Origin: Luteitalea sp.
GTDB taxonomy: Bacteria > Acidobacteriota > Vicinamibacteria > Vicinamibacterales > CAVVIG01
DNA: 64,000 bases
Assembly (NCBI GenBank): GCA_009380045.1
Contig: WHSN01000004.1
Coordinates: 1,456 to 65,455, forward strand
Reading direction: 5' to 3'
Shown piece after piece: positions 46,519 to 55,791 of this stretch (its first letter is position 1; each line of letters opens with the position of its first letter). The translations under genes were made by a program, and so were the position numbers. The notes beneath the pieces were generated by a model. The model saw only the letters and a program-made list of their open reading frames with translations. It searched no databases and was not told the origin of the DNA.

Positions 46519-49500
46519 ATGGTTGGCACATCTCGTCGCCGTCCGCTTCTCTTCAGTTGGAGCTGGATCCCCGCGGTGGCCGTCATGCTTCTGGTCGTAC
46601 CGCCACTCGCCCACGCGCAAACCAACGGCACCATCGCCGGTGTCGTGAGAGACACGACGGGCGCGGTAATGCCCGGCGTCACCGTCGAGGCCGCAAGCCC
46701 GGCGCTGATCGAGAAGGTGCGCACCGTCGTCACTGACGGCGAGGGCTTGTACAGGGTCATCGACCTCCGGCCCGGCGCCTACACCGTGACCTTCAGCCTG
46801 CCCGGCTTCAACACCGTCCGGCGAGACGGGATCGAGCTGACGTCCGCGTTCACCGCTACGGTCAACGCCGAGATGCGGGTCGGCGCACTCGAGGAAACCA
46901 TCACGGTGTCTGGTCAGGCGTCGACCGTGGACATCCAGAACGTCACATCGCAGCGGGTTCTCTCGCGTGCCGTGATCGACGACATCCCTGTCGGCACCAA
47001 GACCGTCAACGCGATGGGCGCCCTCATCCCCGGCATGGTCGCCGCGGCACAGGACGTGGGCGGCGCCGGTCGCAGCTCCGGCGCAGCCATCTCCATCCAC
47101 GGCAACCGCAGCGGCGAGGAGCAGTTGCTGCAGGACGGGATGACCTACAACACCGGCAACGGGCGCGGCGGCGGCTTCTCGGCGGTCCGCGCGAACGAGG
47201 CGAGCACACAGGAGGTCTCAATCGAGACCAGCGGCCTCAGCGCCGAGAGCGAGCTGGCCGGCGTGCGCACGAACGTGATCCCGAAAGAAGGGGGCAATAC
47301 GTTCAAGTCGTACACGAATTTCCGGTATGCCAACAACGACATGCAGAGCGACAATTTCAGCGACGAGTTGAGACAGCGTGGACTGGCCTCCCCCGATGCT
47401 CTCGATTTCGTCGTCAACTTCACGCAGGGCTACGGCGGGCCGATCATGAGGGACAAGCTGTGGTTCTATACCGCCTTCCAGCTGTTGCGCTCCGACGTGC
47501 GCGTCGGCGGCATCCACTACAACCTCACGCCCGACAAGCCGTATTACACTCCCGACCTCGAGCATCCGGCGCTCGACGGGCAATTCGAAGGTGGCGGTAA
47601 TCTGCGTTTGACGTGGCAGATCAATCAGAAGAACAAGCTGAACCTGTTCCATCAACTCGACTACAACCTCCGCCACCACTGGTACGGCGCCAACTCCAGC
47701 CCGGAAGCGGTCGAGACCGACCGCGTGATCCCGACCTACTTCTCGCAGGTCGCATGGAGCTCGCCGCACACCAGCCGGCTGCTCCTCGAGGCCGGCGCGG
47801 CGCTGACCAAGCGCAACTTCGTGCGCGGCATCCCGGGCTCGCTGGGCCACACCAACGGGCTCCAGACGCCGTTCAGCAATTACTCGTACACCGAAATCCG
47901 CACCGGCTTCACGTGGGGGCAGATCGGCACGCCGGTCATCGGGTTCAACGACAGCTACCAGTACAACGTGCGGTTCGCGGCGTCGTATGTGACCGGGTCG
48001 CACACCTTCAAGGTGGGGACGACGTTCTATCACGCCGGCAACCTCGATACGCGGGACATCAGTGGCAACGGTGTGACCCTTCAGCTGCGGGACGGCGTGC
48101 CGCGCCAGATCACCCAGCACGCGACGCCCTACCGGTTCGAAGAGGACATGAAGGCCAACGTCGGCATCTTCGCGCAGGATCAGTGGACCATCAGACGCCT
48201 GACGCTGAACTACGGCGCGCGGTTCGACTACCAGAACATGGGCGTGCCGGTCAACGAACTGGACCGTGGACCGGTCGTCCCGACCCGGCAGGTGACGTTC
48301 GACCCGGTCCCGAACGTCGCGAACTGGAAGAACGTCAGCCCACGGCTCGGTGGAGCGTACGACCTGTTCGGTAACGGCAGGACGGCGCTGAAGGCGAGCA
48401 TCGGCAGGTATCTCGAAGGCCCGAACATCAACACCTTCGCGGGGCGCGCCAACCCGGCCCGCGGCACGCGACTCAGCACGACGCGGTTGTGGAACGACAT
48501 GAACGGCGATTTCCTGCCGCAGTGCAACTTCGTCGCGCTCACCGCCAACGGCGAGTGCGCCGCGGTCCAGAACTCCGACTTCGGCGGCAGCATCGCACAG
48601 GCCGCCGTGAGCGAGGAGGTGAGCACCACCCGCGGGTACAACTGGGAGGTCGCGAGCAGCGTCCAGCATGAGCTCCGGTCGAACATCGGGTTGAACGTCG
48701 GCTACTACCGCCGGTGGTACGGCAACCAGATCGTCACCGACAACGAGCTGTGGGAGCCTGGCGACTTCAGCCCGTTCTGCATTACCGCCCCACGCAACCC
48801 CACGCTGCCGGACGGCGGCGGTTACCAGGTGTGCGGCCTCTACGACATCGCGCCATCGTTGCGCAGCGCGCGCAGCGACGTCATCAAACTCGCCAAGAAC
48901 TTCGGCACCCAGACCGAGGTCTACAACGGCGTGGACATCTCCGCGAACGTCCGCCTGCCCGGCGGCCTGCTGGTCGCCGGCGGCACGAGCACCGGCCGCA
49001 TCGCCACCAACAACTGCTTCGTCATGGACTCCCCCCAGCAGGCAAACGCCCACAACACCGCGCAAGAGGGGAACTTCTGCGACGTGACTCCCCCATTCCA
49101 GACCCAGGCGAAGGCGATCGTCGTCTACCCGTTCCCGTGGTTCGGGCTGCAGACCAGCGCCGCGCTGCAGAGCATCCCGCCCGTCCAGCTCCTGGCGAAC
49201 TACTCGGCCTCCAATGCCGAAATTCAGCCCTCTCTCGGGCGGGTCGTCTCGACAACCGGCGACATCACCGTCCCGCTGGTCAGGCCGGGCACACTGTACG
49301 GCGACCGGCTGAATCAGGTGGACTTCCGCGTCGCGAAGACCTTCCGATTCGGGGAACGGCGCTTCCAGGTGATGTACGACCTCTACAACATGCTCAACGC
49401 GAGCCCAACCTATGTCTACAACCAGAACTTCTCGATCGCTGGTCCACCCCCGACGATCGCGAGTCGCGAGACTTACGACTGGCCGGTTCCGCAGACCATT

Positions 49501-49545
49501 CTGCAGGGCCGGATCATGAAGTTCGGAATTCAGCTCGACTGGTAG
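46519..49545 (+). CDS. TonB-dependent receptor with CarboxypepD_reg N-terminus (paralog C)
   Basis: SD GGAG. IAGVVRDTTGAVMPGVTVEAASPALIEKVRTVVTDGEGLYRVIDLRPGAYTVTF. Ends ...GRIMKFGIQLDW. Confidence 0.92.
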   Translation: MVGTSRRRPLLFSWSWIPAVAVMLLVVPPLAHAQTNGTIAGVVRDTTGAVMPGVTVEAASPALIEKVRTVVTDGEGLYRVIDLRPGAYTVTFSLPGFNTVRRDGIELTSAFTATVNAEMRVGALEETITVSGQASTVDIQNVTSQRVLSRAVIDDIPVGTKTVNAMGALIPGMVAAAQDVGGAGRSSGAAISIHGNRSGEEQLLQDGMTYNTGNGRGGGFSAVRANEASTQEVSIETSGLSAESELAGVRTNVIPKEGGNTFKSYTNFRYANNDMQSDNFSDELRQRGLASPDALDFVVNFTQGYGGPIMRDKLWFYTAFQLLRSDVRVGGIHYNLTPDKPYYTPDLEHPALDGQFEGGGNLRLTWQINQKNKLNLFHQLDYNLRHHWYGANSSPEAVETDRVIPTYFSQVAWSSPHTSRLLLEAGAALTKRNFVRGIPGSLGHTNGLQTPFSNYSYTEIRTGFTWGQIGTPVIGFNDSYQYNVRFAASYVTGSHTFKVGTTFYHAGNLDTRDISGNGVTLQLRDGVPRQITQHATPYRFEEDMKANVGIFAQDQWTIRRLTLNYGARFDYQNMGVPVNELDRGPVVPTRQVTFDPVPNVANWKNVSPRLGGAYDLFGNGRTALKASIGRYLEGPNINTFAGRANPARGTRLSTTRLWNDMNGDFLPQCNFVALTANGECAAVQNSDFGGSIAQAAVSEEVSTTRGYNWEVASSVQHELRSNIGLNVGYYRRWYGNQIVTDNELWEPGDFSPFCITAPRNPTLPDGGGYQVCGLYDIAPSLRSARSDVIKLAKNFGTQTEVYNGVDISANVRLPGGLLVAGGTSTGRIATNNCFVMDSPQQANAHNTAQEGNFCDVTPPFQTQAKAIVVYPFPWFGLQTSAALQSIPPVQLLANYSASNAEIQPSLGRVVSTTGDITVPLVRPGTLYGDRLNQVDFRVAKTFRFGERRFQVMYDLYNMLNASPTYVYNQNFSIAGPPPTIASRETYDWPVPQTILQGRIMKFGIQLDW

Positions 49546-49552
49546 CGCGTCC

Positions 49553-49582
49553 GCGTGGGATCGCGTTCAGGCGATCCCACGC
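49553..49582 (+). terminator. Candidate intrinsic terminator after the TBDR
   Basis: 12-bp stem GCGTGGGATCGC / GCGATCCCACGC with loop GTTCAG, starting 8 nt after the stop. The downstream tail accctgtttcc is only weakly T-rich. Confidence 0.45.
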
Positions 49583-50013
49583 ACCCTGTTTCCGCTTGCA
49601 CGACCACGCATCTTTCCAGTTCGCCGTCGCCCGTTCGCGTCACGAAAGCACCAGCGCTCGAGATCTCCCGCCTGACCCAGCCAGGGAACGCCGCGGGCGC
49701 GGCCTGCAGATCCGGATCTGACTTGTACTGCGCGTATCGGACGCGGTAGTCTCGATCGACGTGATCTGTGGTCCGGCAAATGCCGGCGGTTGACCGGACT
49801 GGTGGGCGTCCCCTCTCGTGGTGTAGTCACCCGGGTGAACGGCAAAGTCGAGATGCTCCCTGCGCCACAGGTGTCGATACGGGTAGTGGTCGGTGGCTGA
49901 CGAAGAGTTCAGGAACTCTTCAGAAGGCGTCGTCTTCGACTGCGTTAGAGTTGGGCGTCAGGGCTGGACTTCATGGATCCACGCACCGCGCCGGTTTGTA
50001 GAGGGAGGACGAC

Positions 50014-50626
50014 ATGGCGCGGGTGCTAGTCGTCGAAGATGCGCCGACCAATCGAGGCGCGCTGCCCGACGATCTGCGCTGCGCAGGCTACGACGTCGTT
50101 CTTGCCCGGACAGAAAGAAGTCGCGCGCTTCTTCGTCAGCGCCGAACAGGTCGATCTCATCCTGTTGGATCTCACGTTGTCCAGCAGAGACAGTCTTGAC
50201 GTATTGACGGCGGCGCGGCAAAACGGCATCAGAGCCCCGGTGATGATCCTCGCGCAACGCGACAGCGTGGATGCCCTCGTCGCTGGGCTGGATTGCGGCG
50301 CCGACGACTCCTGGTGAAACCGTTCGCGGTCGCGGAACTGCTGGCCAGAATCCGCGCACTCCTGAGACGCCGCCGCCCCGCGTCCATGCGATCGTCAGCG
50401 AGCGATCTCCACCTGGAGTGATGCGCGGACGTCAGCCGCGTTGGCAGTAGCCAAGCGCACAACCGCACGTAAGTGCTTGGGCTTCAGATGCGTCAAGCCC
50501 GGACAGATTCCTGTCCCTGTCAATCCACCGGTCGGAATCGCGAAAGAGAGCGGCACGAGTCCCCTTCTGCTCCGTGCTATCGGGCCGACTGAGAACATCG
50601 GGTGGCGGTTCGCGCGGTCTGGCTGA
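50014..50626 (+). pseudogene. Decayed OmpR-family response regulator (multiple frameshifts, premature stops, shortened DNA-binding domain)
   Basis: Frame 1: MARVLVVEDAPTNRGALPDDLRCAGYDVVLART. Frame 2: VDLILLDLTLSSRDSLDVLTAARQNGIRAPVMILAQRDSVDALVAGLDCGADD then TGA. Frame 3: LVKPFAVAELLARIRALLRRR...SDLHLE then TGA. Then TARKCLGFRCVKPGQI...SPLLLRAIGPTENIGWRFA, which resembles a shortened Trans_reg_C. Confidence 0.75.
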
Positions 50627-50756
50627 TGTCAGCGGTGGCGGCGCCTTTCTGCGAGCCGGGATTGCGCGACACGACACAGGTCTGGCTCGTTGGCCGTATA
50701 CTGCGTCGGTCATGTCTTCCCTGCGTGTGCATCCGTCAATGGAAAGAGGGAGTGCG

Positions 50757-51533
50757 ATGAGACCAACGCTGCGTGCCGGTGCGTTCCTGTTCCTCACGTT
50801 TGCGGCCGGTGTCAACGCGAGCGCCCAGACGCACCCCTACGATCACGTGCACCTCGCCGCCCCCGAACCCGCCACAGCCGTCGCCTGGTATCGGGCACAT
50901 CTCGGCGCACAACCAGGCGATCTGCCCGACCGTGTCCAGTTCGGCAAGACGATCTTCGCCTTCAGCCAGTCGGCGACCGCGCAACCGAGCGAGGGGTCTG
51001 CTGTTGACCACATCGGCCTGTCGTTCGCGAACCTCGAAGCCAAGGTGAAAGAGCTCGAGGCGGCCGGCGCCAAGGTCGTGACGCCGCTGCGCGAGGTCCC
51101 GGGGCTGTTCAAGCTCGCCTTTGTTCAAGATCCCTTCGGCGTGAAGCTCGAGCTCGTGGAGGATCCCGAGCTGCTCGGCTTTCACCACATTCATATTCGT
51201 GTGCCGAACCCCGAAGCCGCGCTCGCGTGGTACATGCAGATGTTCGGCGGTGAGCGGTCGAAGCTGAAGGGACGCATCGACGCGGTGAAATACACCGACC
51301 CCGATGTCTGGCTGCTGGCGCAGAAGGCGGACGGCGCTCCGCGCAGCCAGGGCCGGGCGATCGATCACCTCGGCTGGCGCGCCGCGAATATCGACGGGAA
51401 AATCGCGGAGCTCAAACAGAAAGGCGTGAACATCACCGGTGAGCCGCGCGACGTCAGGGACCTGCGCATCGCGTTCGTGGAAGATCCGTCAGGCGTGCGC
51501 ATCGAGCTCGTGAGAAGACCCGCGGGCAAGTAG
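50757..51533 (+). CDS. Exported two-domain VOC/glyoxalase-family protein
   Basis: Signal peptide MRPTLRAGAFLFLTFAAGVNASAQ. Two repeats HVHL...VDHIGLSF...FVQDPFGVKLELVE and HHIHIRV...IDHLGWRA...FVEDPSGVRIELV. Confidence 0.85.
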   Translation: MRPTLRAGAFLFLTFAAGVNASAQTHPYDHVHLAAPEPATAVAWYRAHLGAQPGDLPDRVQFGKTIFAFSQSATAQPSEGSAVDHIGLSFANLEAKVKELEAAGAKVVTPLREVPGLFKLAFVQDPFGVKLELVEDPELLGFHHIHIRVPNPEAALAWYMQMFGGERSKLKGRIDAVKYTDPDVWLLAQKADGAPRSQGRAIDHLGWRAANIDGKIAELKQKGVNITGEPRDVRDLRIAFVEDPSGVRIELVRRPAGK

Positions 51534-51643
51534 TAGGCGCGGTGATCCTTCTGAGCAGTACGAGGGCTCTTCGAATCATCCTCGGCCGCGCCACGGTCTA
51601 CGACGCGGCGCGCTGGACCTGGCTCCGTTTGCCAGGGCGCCGG

Positions 51644-52087
51644 TCATGCCGCCGCGTGCCGATGCCGAACCACGTACACAGAACACGGAGCGTGGCTGAC
51701 GATCGACTGCGCGACGCTGCCGAGCAGGAACCGCTTCAGGCCGGTGTGACCATGCGAGCCCACCACAATCACGTCTGCTGCCCAGTCGGTGGCCTCGTCG
51801 ATGATCTCCGCTCGCGGTTCTCCCTGTCGGATTGCCGTCTCCACCTTCGCATCAGTTGCCTTCAGCGCGTCGGCCACTCGCACCGTCAGGTGCTCGGCCT
51901 CTTTGAGCTGTTCTTCCCAGAGCCGATCCCAGTTTCCCGCGACCGCAAGCTCGGGAGCGCCCGGCACAATCCGCTCGACGACGGTCAACACCTGGACGAC
52001 GCTCGGTTTTGGCCAGGGCTGTTGCGCGACCTCATCCACTGCGTCTTGCGAATGCCGGGAGCCGTCAATAGCGAGGAGAATCTTCAT
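51644..52087 (-). CDS. Universal stress protein (UspA family)
   Basis: MKILLAIDGSRHS...ADVIVVGSHGHTGLKRFLLGSVAQSIVSHAPCSVYVVR. Confidence 0.85.
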   Translation of the reverse strand: MKILLAIDGSRHSQDAVDEVAQQPWPKPSVVQVLTVVERIVPGAPELAVAGNWDRLWEEQLKEAEHLTVRVADALKATDAKVETAIRQGEPRAEIIDEATDWAADVIVVGSHGHTGLKRFLLGSVAQSIVSHAPCSVYVVRHRHAAA

Positions 52088-52233
52088 CACCGCCTCCATC
52101 TCCAGAGTTCTTCACTGCCTCCCGTGCAGAGAGCTTGCCGGGTTGTGAGCGGCCGCTGGATGAACCGGTGCAACGGTCGCGGGTCGCGAGGTCAGCCTGG
52201 GCGAATGCCTGCTGGCGAAAGTCAGCCATATCC

Positions 52234-53781
52234 ATGGCGGACGATCCTGAAGTAGAGCTGTCATCGCGGTGCGCGTATGGCACCGCCGCGGTCGGTGCGA
52301 TGGATTTGATTCATCTGGTGCGAGGCTGCACGTTCGACGATTTCCTGCTGGTGCCCCAGCTCGGAGTGGTGCCGAGCCGCGATCCGGCAAGGATCGACCT
52401 GACCGCCCGATTCACACGTGGCATCACCCTCCGGCGACCACTCGTCTCCGCCAACATGGACACGATCACGCGCGCCTCGATGGCGATTGTTCTCGCCGAA
52501 GAGGGCGGCATCGGTGTGATCGATCGCGGGTTTCGCGCCGGCGACATCGGTCCGCAGGTCGCCGAGATTTCCGCGGTGAAACGCACACAGCACGGCATCG
52601 TTGCCGATCCACACACGATCGGGGAGCCGGCGCGCATCTTCGAGGCGCGGCACCTGATGGCGCGCACCGGCGTCGGCACGCTCGTCGTCGTCGATGGCGC
52701 GCGGCGAATCAGAGGGTTGCTCACTGAACGCGACGTGCGCTTCGTCCAGGGCGGCGCGACGGTGGCTGACCGCATGACGCCACGCGAGCAGCTCGTCATG
52801 CACGAGGGGACGATCTCGCTCGCGGACGCCGAACGGATCATGACGGAGCGGAAGATCAAGAAGCTGCCGCTGGTCGCTGCCGACGGCACCGTGCTCGGCC
52901 TGATCACGGCCAAGGATCTTCTGAAGCACCGGGAACATCCATTCGCGACCCGCGACGACCACGGCCGGTTGCGGGTCGCCGCCGCGGTCGGCGCGACCGG
53001 CGACTTTCTGGAGCGAGCCGTCGAGGTGCAGCGCGCGGGCGCCGACGCCGTCGTCATCGACATCGCACACGGGCACTCGACGGTGATGGAGCGGGCGATC
53101 GAACAGCTCCGCCAGCGGCTCGGCGCAGTCGATTTGATCGCGGGCAACGTCGCCACCGCGGACGGCGCGCGGTTTCTGCTGGATCGCGGCGCCGACGCGA
53201 TCAAAGTCGGCATCGGGCCCGGCGCCGGATGCACCACTCGATCAGCGACCAACTTCGGCGTGCCTCAGGTCGAGGCGCTGGTGCAGTGTCGGCGCGCCAT
53301 CGCCGATCGCGTGCCGCTCATCGCCGATGGCGGGCTCAGAAGGGACGGCAGTCTGGTCGAGGCGCTGCTGTTTGGCGGCGACACGGTGATGCTGGGGAGC
53401 GCGTTCGCCGGCACCGAAGAGACGCCAGGCGAGATCGTGCTCAAAGCGGTGTTGATGCCCGAGTCCCAGAAGATCGTGCGCGTGCCGTTCAAGGTTTTCC
53501 GGGGCATGGCGTCGATCGGTGCGGTCCGGGATCGCCTGGACCTGGAAGACGCCGCCCCTGGTGAGCTCGAAACGCTCGGCGCCGAAGGGCTCGAAGTGAG
53601 CGTCCCGGCGCGCGGTTCGGCGCGGACAATCATCCACGACATGCTGAAGCATCTCTGTTCATCGGTCAGCTACGGCGGCGCGGAGAGCCTCGGCGATCTG
53701 CGCGAACGGTTCTGGTCAGAGCCCGGGAGATATCTCATTCGGCTCTCCGAGGCGTCGAGACGCGAATCATTCGAGCGTTAG
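52234..53781 (+). CDS. IMP dehydrogenase/GMP reductase family protein with CBS pair
   Basis: [20 protein letters not shown]-like segment, [14 protein letters not shown] (catalytic Cys loop), [10 protein letters not shown]. Start uncertain (52234 or a downstream Met). Confidence 0.85.
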   Translation: MADDPEVELSSRCAYGTAAVGAMDLIHLVRGCTFDDFLLVPQLGVVPSRDPARIDLTARFTRGITLRRPLVSANMDTITRASMAIVLAEEGGIGVIDRGFRAGDIGPQVAEISAVKRTQHGIVADPHTIGEPARIFEARHLMARTGVGTLVVVDGARRIRGLLTERDVRFVQGGATVADRMTPREQLVMHEGTISLADAERIMTERKIKKLPLVAADGTVLGLITAKDLLKHREHPFATRDDHGRLRVAAAVGATGDFLERAVEVQRAGADAVVIDIAHGHSTVMERAIEQLRQRLGAVDLIAGNVATADGARFLLDRGADAIKVGIGPGAGCTTRSATNFGVPQVEALVQCRRAIADRVPLIADGGLRRDGSLVEALLFGGDTVMLGSAFAGTEETPGEIVLKAVLMPESQKIVRVPFKVFRGMASIGAVRDRLDLEDAAPGELETLGAEGLEVSVPARGSARTIIHDMLKHLCSSVSYGGAESLGDLRERFWSEPGRYLIRLSEASRRESFER

Positions 53782-53797
53782 GAGCTCGTGCGACCTC

Positions 53798-54091
53798 CTA
53801 CATGAAGTCGTCGTCGTCGCCCTTCCGTGGAAATCGCGTTGCACCGATCAGCTGCTTGTCCCGATCCACCATGGCGGTTGGCGCCCCGCCGGATCTTCGG
53901 AGGTGACGGGCGACCGACATCGCCGCCGGAATGGTCGTGATGGCGCCGATCGCAACCAGTACCGCACCGATGGTGCGCCGGCGCGTGTCGGACAGCTTGT
54001 CGGACAAGAGGAGGCCGAGGCCGCCCGCGAGAACCGCGCGGGTGACCAGGACGAATGCGAATGTCGGCAGATCGAGGGCCACGTTCTTCAT
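53798..54091 (-). CDS. Small two-TM membrane protein, unknown function
   Basis: MKNVALDLPTFAFVLVTRAVLAGGLGLLLSDKL...IGAVLVAIGAITTIPAAM. Acidic C-terminus KGDDDDFM. Confidence 0.45.
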   Translation of the reverse strand: MKNVALDLPTFAFVLVTRAVLAGGLGLLLSDKLSDTRRRTIGAVLVAIGAITTIPAAMSVARHLRRSGGAPTAMVDRDKQLIGATRFPRKGDDDDFM

Positions 54092-54418
54092 TGGATCTAC
54101 CCCGCGTTGCAAAGAACGTGCTCGTCCCGCACCTGCCGACCAGACGAGCCCCACGTCGGCTCGAGGTCGGCGTTGATCGTGCATCGAGAAAACATCGGAC
54201 CGTCACCGATGCCCCAACCGCCAATACCTCAGCCACAGCCCGGACCCTCTCCACAGCCGACGCCACTTCCCGAGCCGTCGCCTGAGCCGCCGCCAACAAG
54301 TCCGATTCCTCCGCCAGAACCTCCCGGCGGGACGCGGCGGCACATCCGCAAGTGACTGATGCGTGAGCACCTTCCACCTGAAATCCGGAAACCGACGTCA
54401 CATCCGAGGAGCAGCACC

Positions 54419-54967
54419 ATGGCCGTCACAGCCAAGAACACCCCCCACACGCAGTCACTTGCGCGACAGCTCTCGACCGAGAACACGAGCAACAGTCCCG
54501 TCGTGCAGGACCTCCGGCGTCAGGTTGCGAACGCGACGGTCCTCTATCTGAACTACAAGCACTATCACTGGCAGACCTTCGGTCCGCACTTCCGCGATCT
54601 GCACAAGCTCTTCGATGATCTCGGCAAGGAGGTCCTCGAAACCGTCGATCCGTTGGCCGAGCGCGTCCGCATGATTGGGCAGGATCCGCCGGCGCATCCG
54701 CTGGAGCTGTTGGACCTGGCCGGCGTGACTGCGGCCGCCCCACATTCCACGATGCGCGAGATGATCGAGGAAGCCGATCGCAATCTCCTCGTGGTGATCA
54801 AGGAGATCCGCCAGGCGGTCAAGACCGCCGACCAGCACGACGATCCGGGAACCGTCGACCTCTTGTCACGTCTCGTCCAGATACATGAGAAGCACGAGTG
54901 GTGGGCGCGTGACATCCTCCGCACCGGGGACGGCCTGTGCGACACAGATCGGCCGTCAGACCAGTGA
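54419..54967 (+). CDS. dps: Dps family DNA-protection/ferritin-like protein
   Basis: LYLNYKHYHWQTFGPHFRDLHKLFDDLGKEV...HDDPGTVDLLSRLVQIHEKHEWW. Confidence 0.9.
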   Translation: MAVTAKNTPHTQSLARQLSTENTSNSPVVQDLRRQVANATVLYLNYKHYHWQTFGPHFRDLHKLFDDLGKEVLETVDPLAERVRMIGQDPPAHPLELLDLAGVTAAAPHSTMREMIEEADRNLLVVIKEIRQAVKTADQHDDPGTVDLLSRLVQIHEKHEWWARDILRTGDGLCDTDRPSDQ

Positions 54968-55185
54968 GTGGGAGTCAGCCGTCACAGAGTTGGCGACATT
55001 TTCCCCGTTTCGACCCTCCGCGTCGCCAGAGACGCTCGACCGGGATACGCGTGCCGTTGGACCTTTGAAGCGAGGAACATCGGCGCGTTTCAACGTCGTC
55101 CCGTGGGTTTCCGTGTCAAAGGCCTTCGCAGTGCATGCCGGGGACGATCGCCGATGTGAGGAAGGGATTCCGGATCGAGGGGCGT

Positions 55186-55230
55186 CATTTCACAATGAAA
55201 TGCGCGGCGCATTCTGAAATGGCGCGGCGG
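55186..55230. promoter_or_regulatory. Cluster of three TGAAATG heptamers (one inverted), candidate operator/UAS
   Basis: CATTTCA-caa-TGAAATG-cgcggcgc-attc-TGAAATG-gcgcggcg. The last two copies are each followed by (G)CGCGGCG. Confidence 0.35.
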
Positions 55231-55476
55231 AGAGATTGTCCCGCGCGTCACGTACTTCGGTGAATGATGAGACGGCCCCGATGTTGCGTCAAGGTTCGCC
55301 AGCGACCCGATGCCCGTGAAGCGCCCTGATCGGCGCCGACCGGCCGAGTCGTGGACCGAGCGGGCGGCAGATGCCGCCGCGCGGTCTCTCGCGGGCGTCA
55401 CCGGTAGCGGCTTGGAGCACGTGCAGAGCGATGACAACGGTCCTGGCGTCGGGACCAGTGTTCGAAAGTCCGAGAT

Positions 55477-55791
55477 ATGACTCTTTACAGATCATTGGGC
55501 AACGCAATCGGCACGATCGAGGCTCTGGACCTCGCGCACCGCCTTGCCGCCTGGCACGACCGGATGGTGGTGCATCAGCGGCGCGCAGGCGCGTCGCCCG
55601 GGGGGAACTGTGGGACGGACTGCCCGCACGGCGAGGCGCAGTCACTCTGGCTCGAGGCGGTGGACACCTACGGCGATCGAGCGCACCACCTGGGCTTCTT
55701 GAGAGGCCACGCCGGCGGCCGCCATCGGGGCCATCGAGCCGAATACCGCGGTTCATTTCGCGCTGGGGCGTCACTCGAACCTTCTCCGTGA
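55477..55791 (+). CDS. Hypothetical 104-aa His/Cys-containing protein, stop overlapping the activator start
   Basis: Balanced composition (MTLYRSLGNAIGTIEALDLAHRLAAWHDRMVVHQRR...NCGTDCPHGEAQSLWLEAVDTYGDRAHHLGFL). Third-position G+C about 77 percent by hand count, versus an R/P/G/S-rich shadow frame. TGA 55789-55791 overlaps GTG 55788-55790. Confidence 0.5.
   Translation: MTLYRSLGNAIGTIEALDLAHRLAAWHDRMVVHQRRAGASPGGNCGTDCPHGEAQSLWLEAVDTYGDRAHHLGFLRGHAGGRHRGHRAEYRGSFRAGASLEPSP

Noticed and set aside
49590-49830. Minus-strand coding-like stretch (DYRVRYAQYKSDPDLQAAPAAFPGWVRREISSAGAFVTRTGDGELE) as a gene.
   Set aside because: No in-frame start codon, and a stop lies immediately upstream. The frame runs through the TBDR terminator hairpin into the TBDR 3' end. 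At best it is a relic, so it is mentioned only within the decay-hotspot finding.
54108-54123. Sigma-54 promoter-like GAGCAC-gttct-TTGCA on the minus strand, upstream of the small membrane-protein gene.
   Set aside because: The invariant GG of the -24 box is AG. The element ends only 17 nt before the proposed ATG (54091), leaving almost no leader. Kept only as a weak candidate.
51644-54967. USP + CBS-IMPDH-like + small membrane protein + Dps as a novel system.
   Set aside because: All are common stress or dormancy-associated genes in mixed orientations. Nothing in the sequence suggests more than a loose functional neighbourhood.
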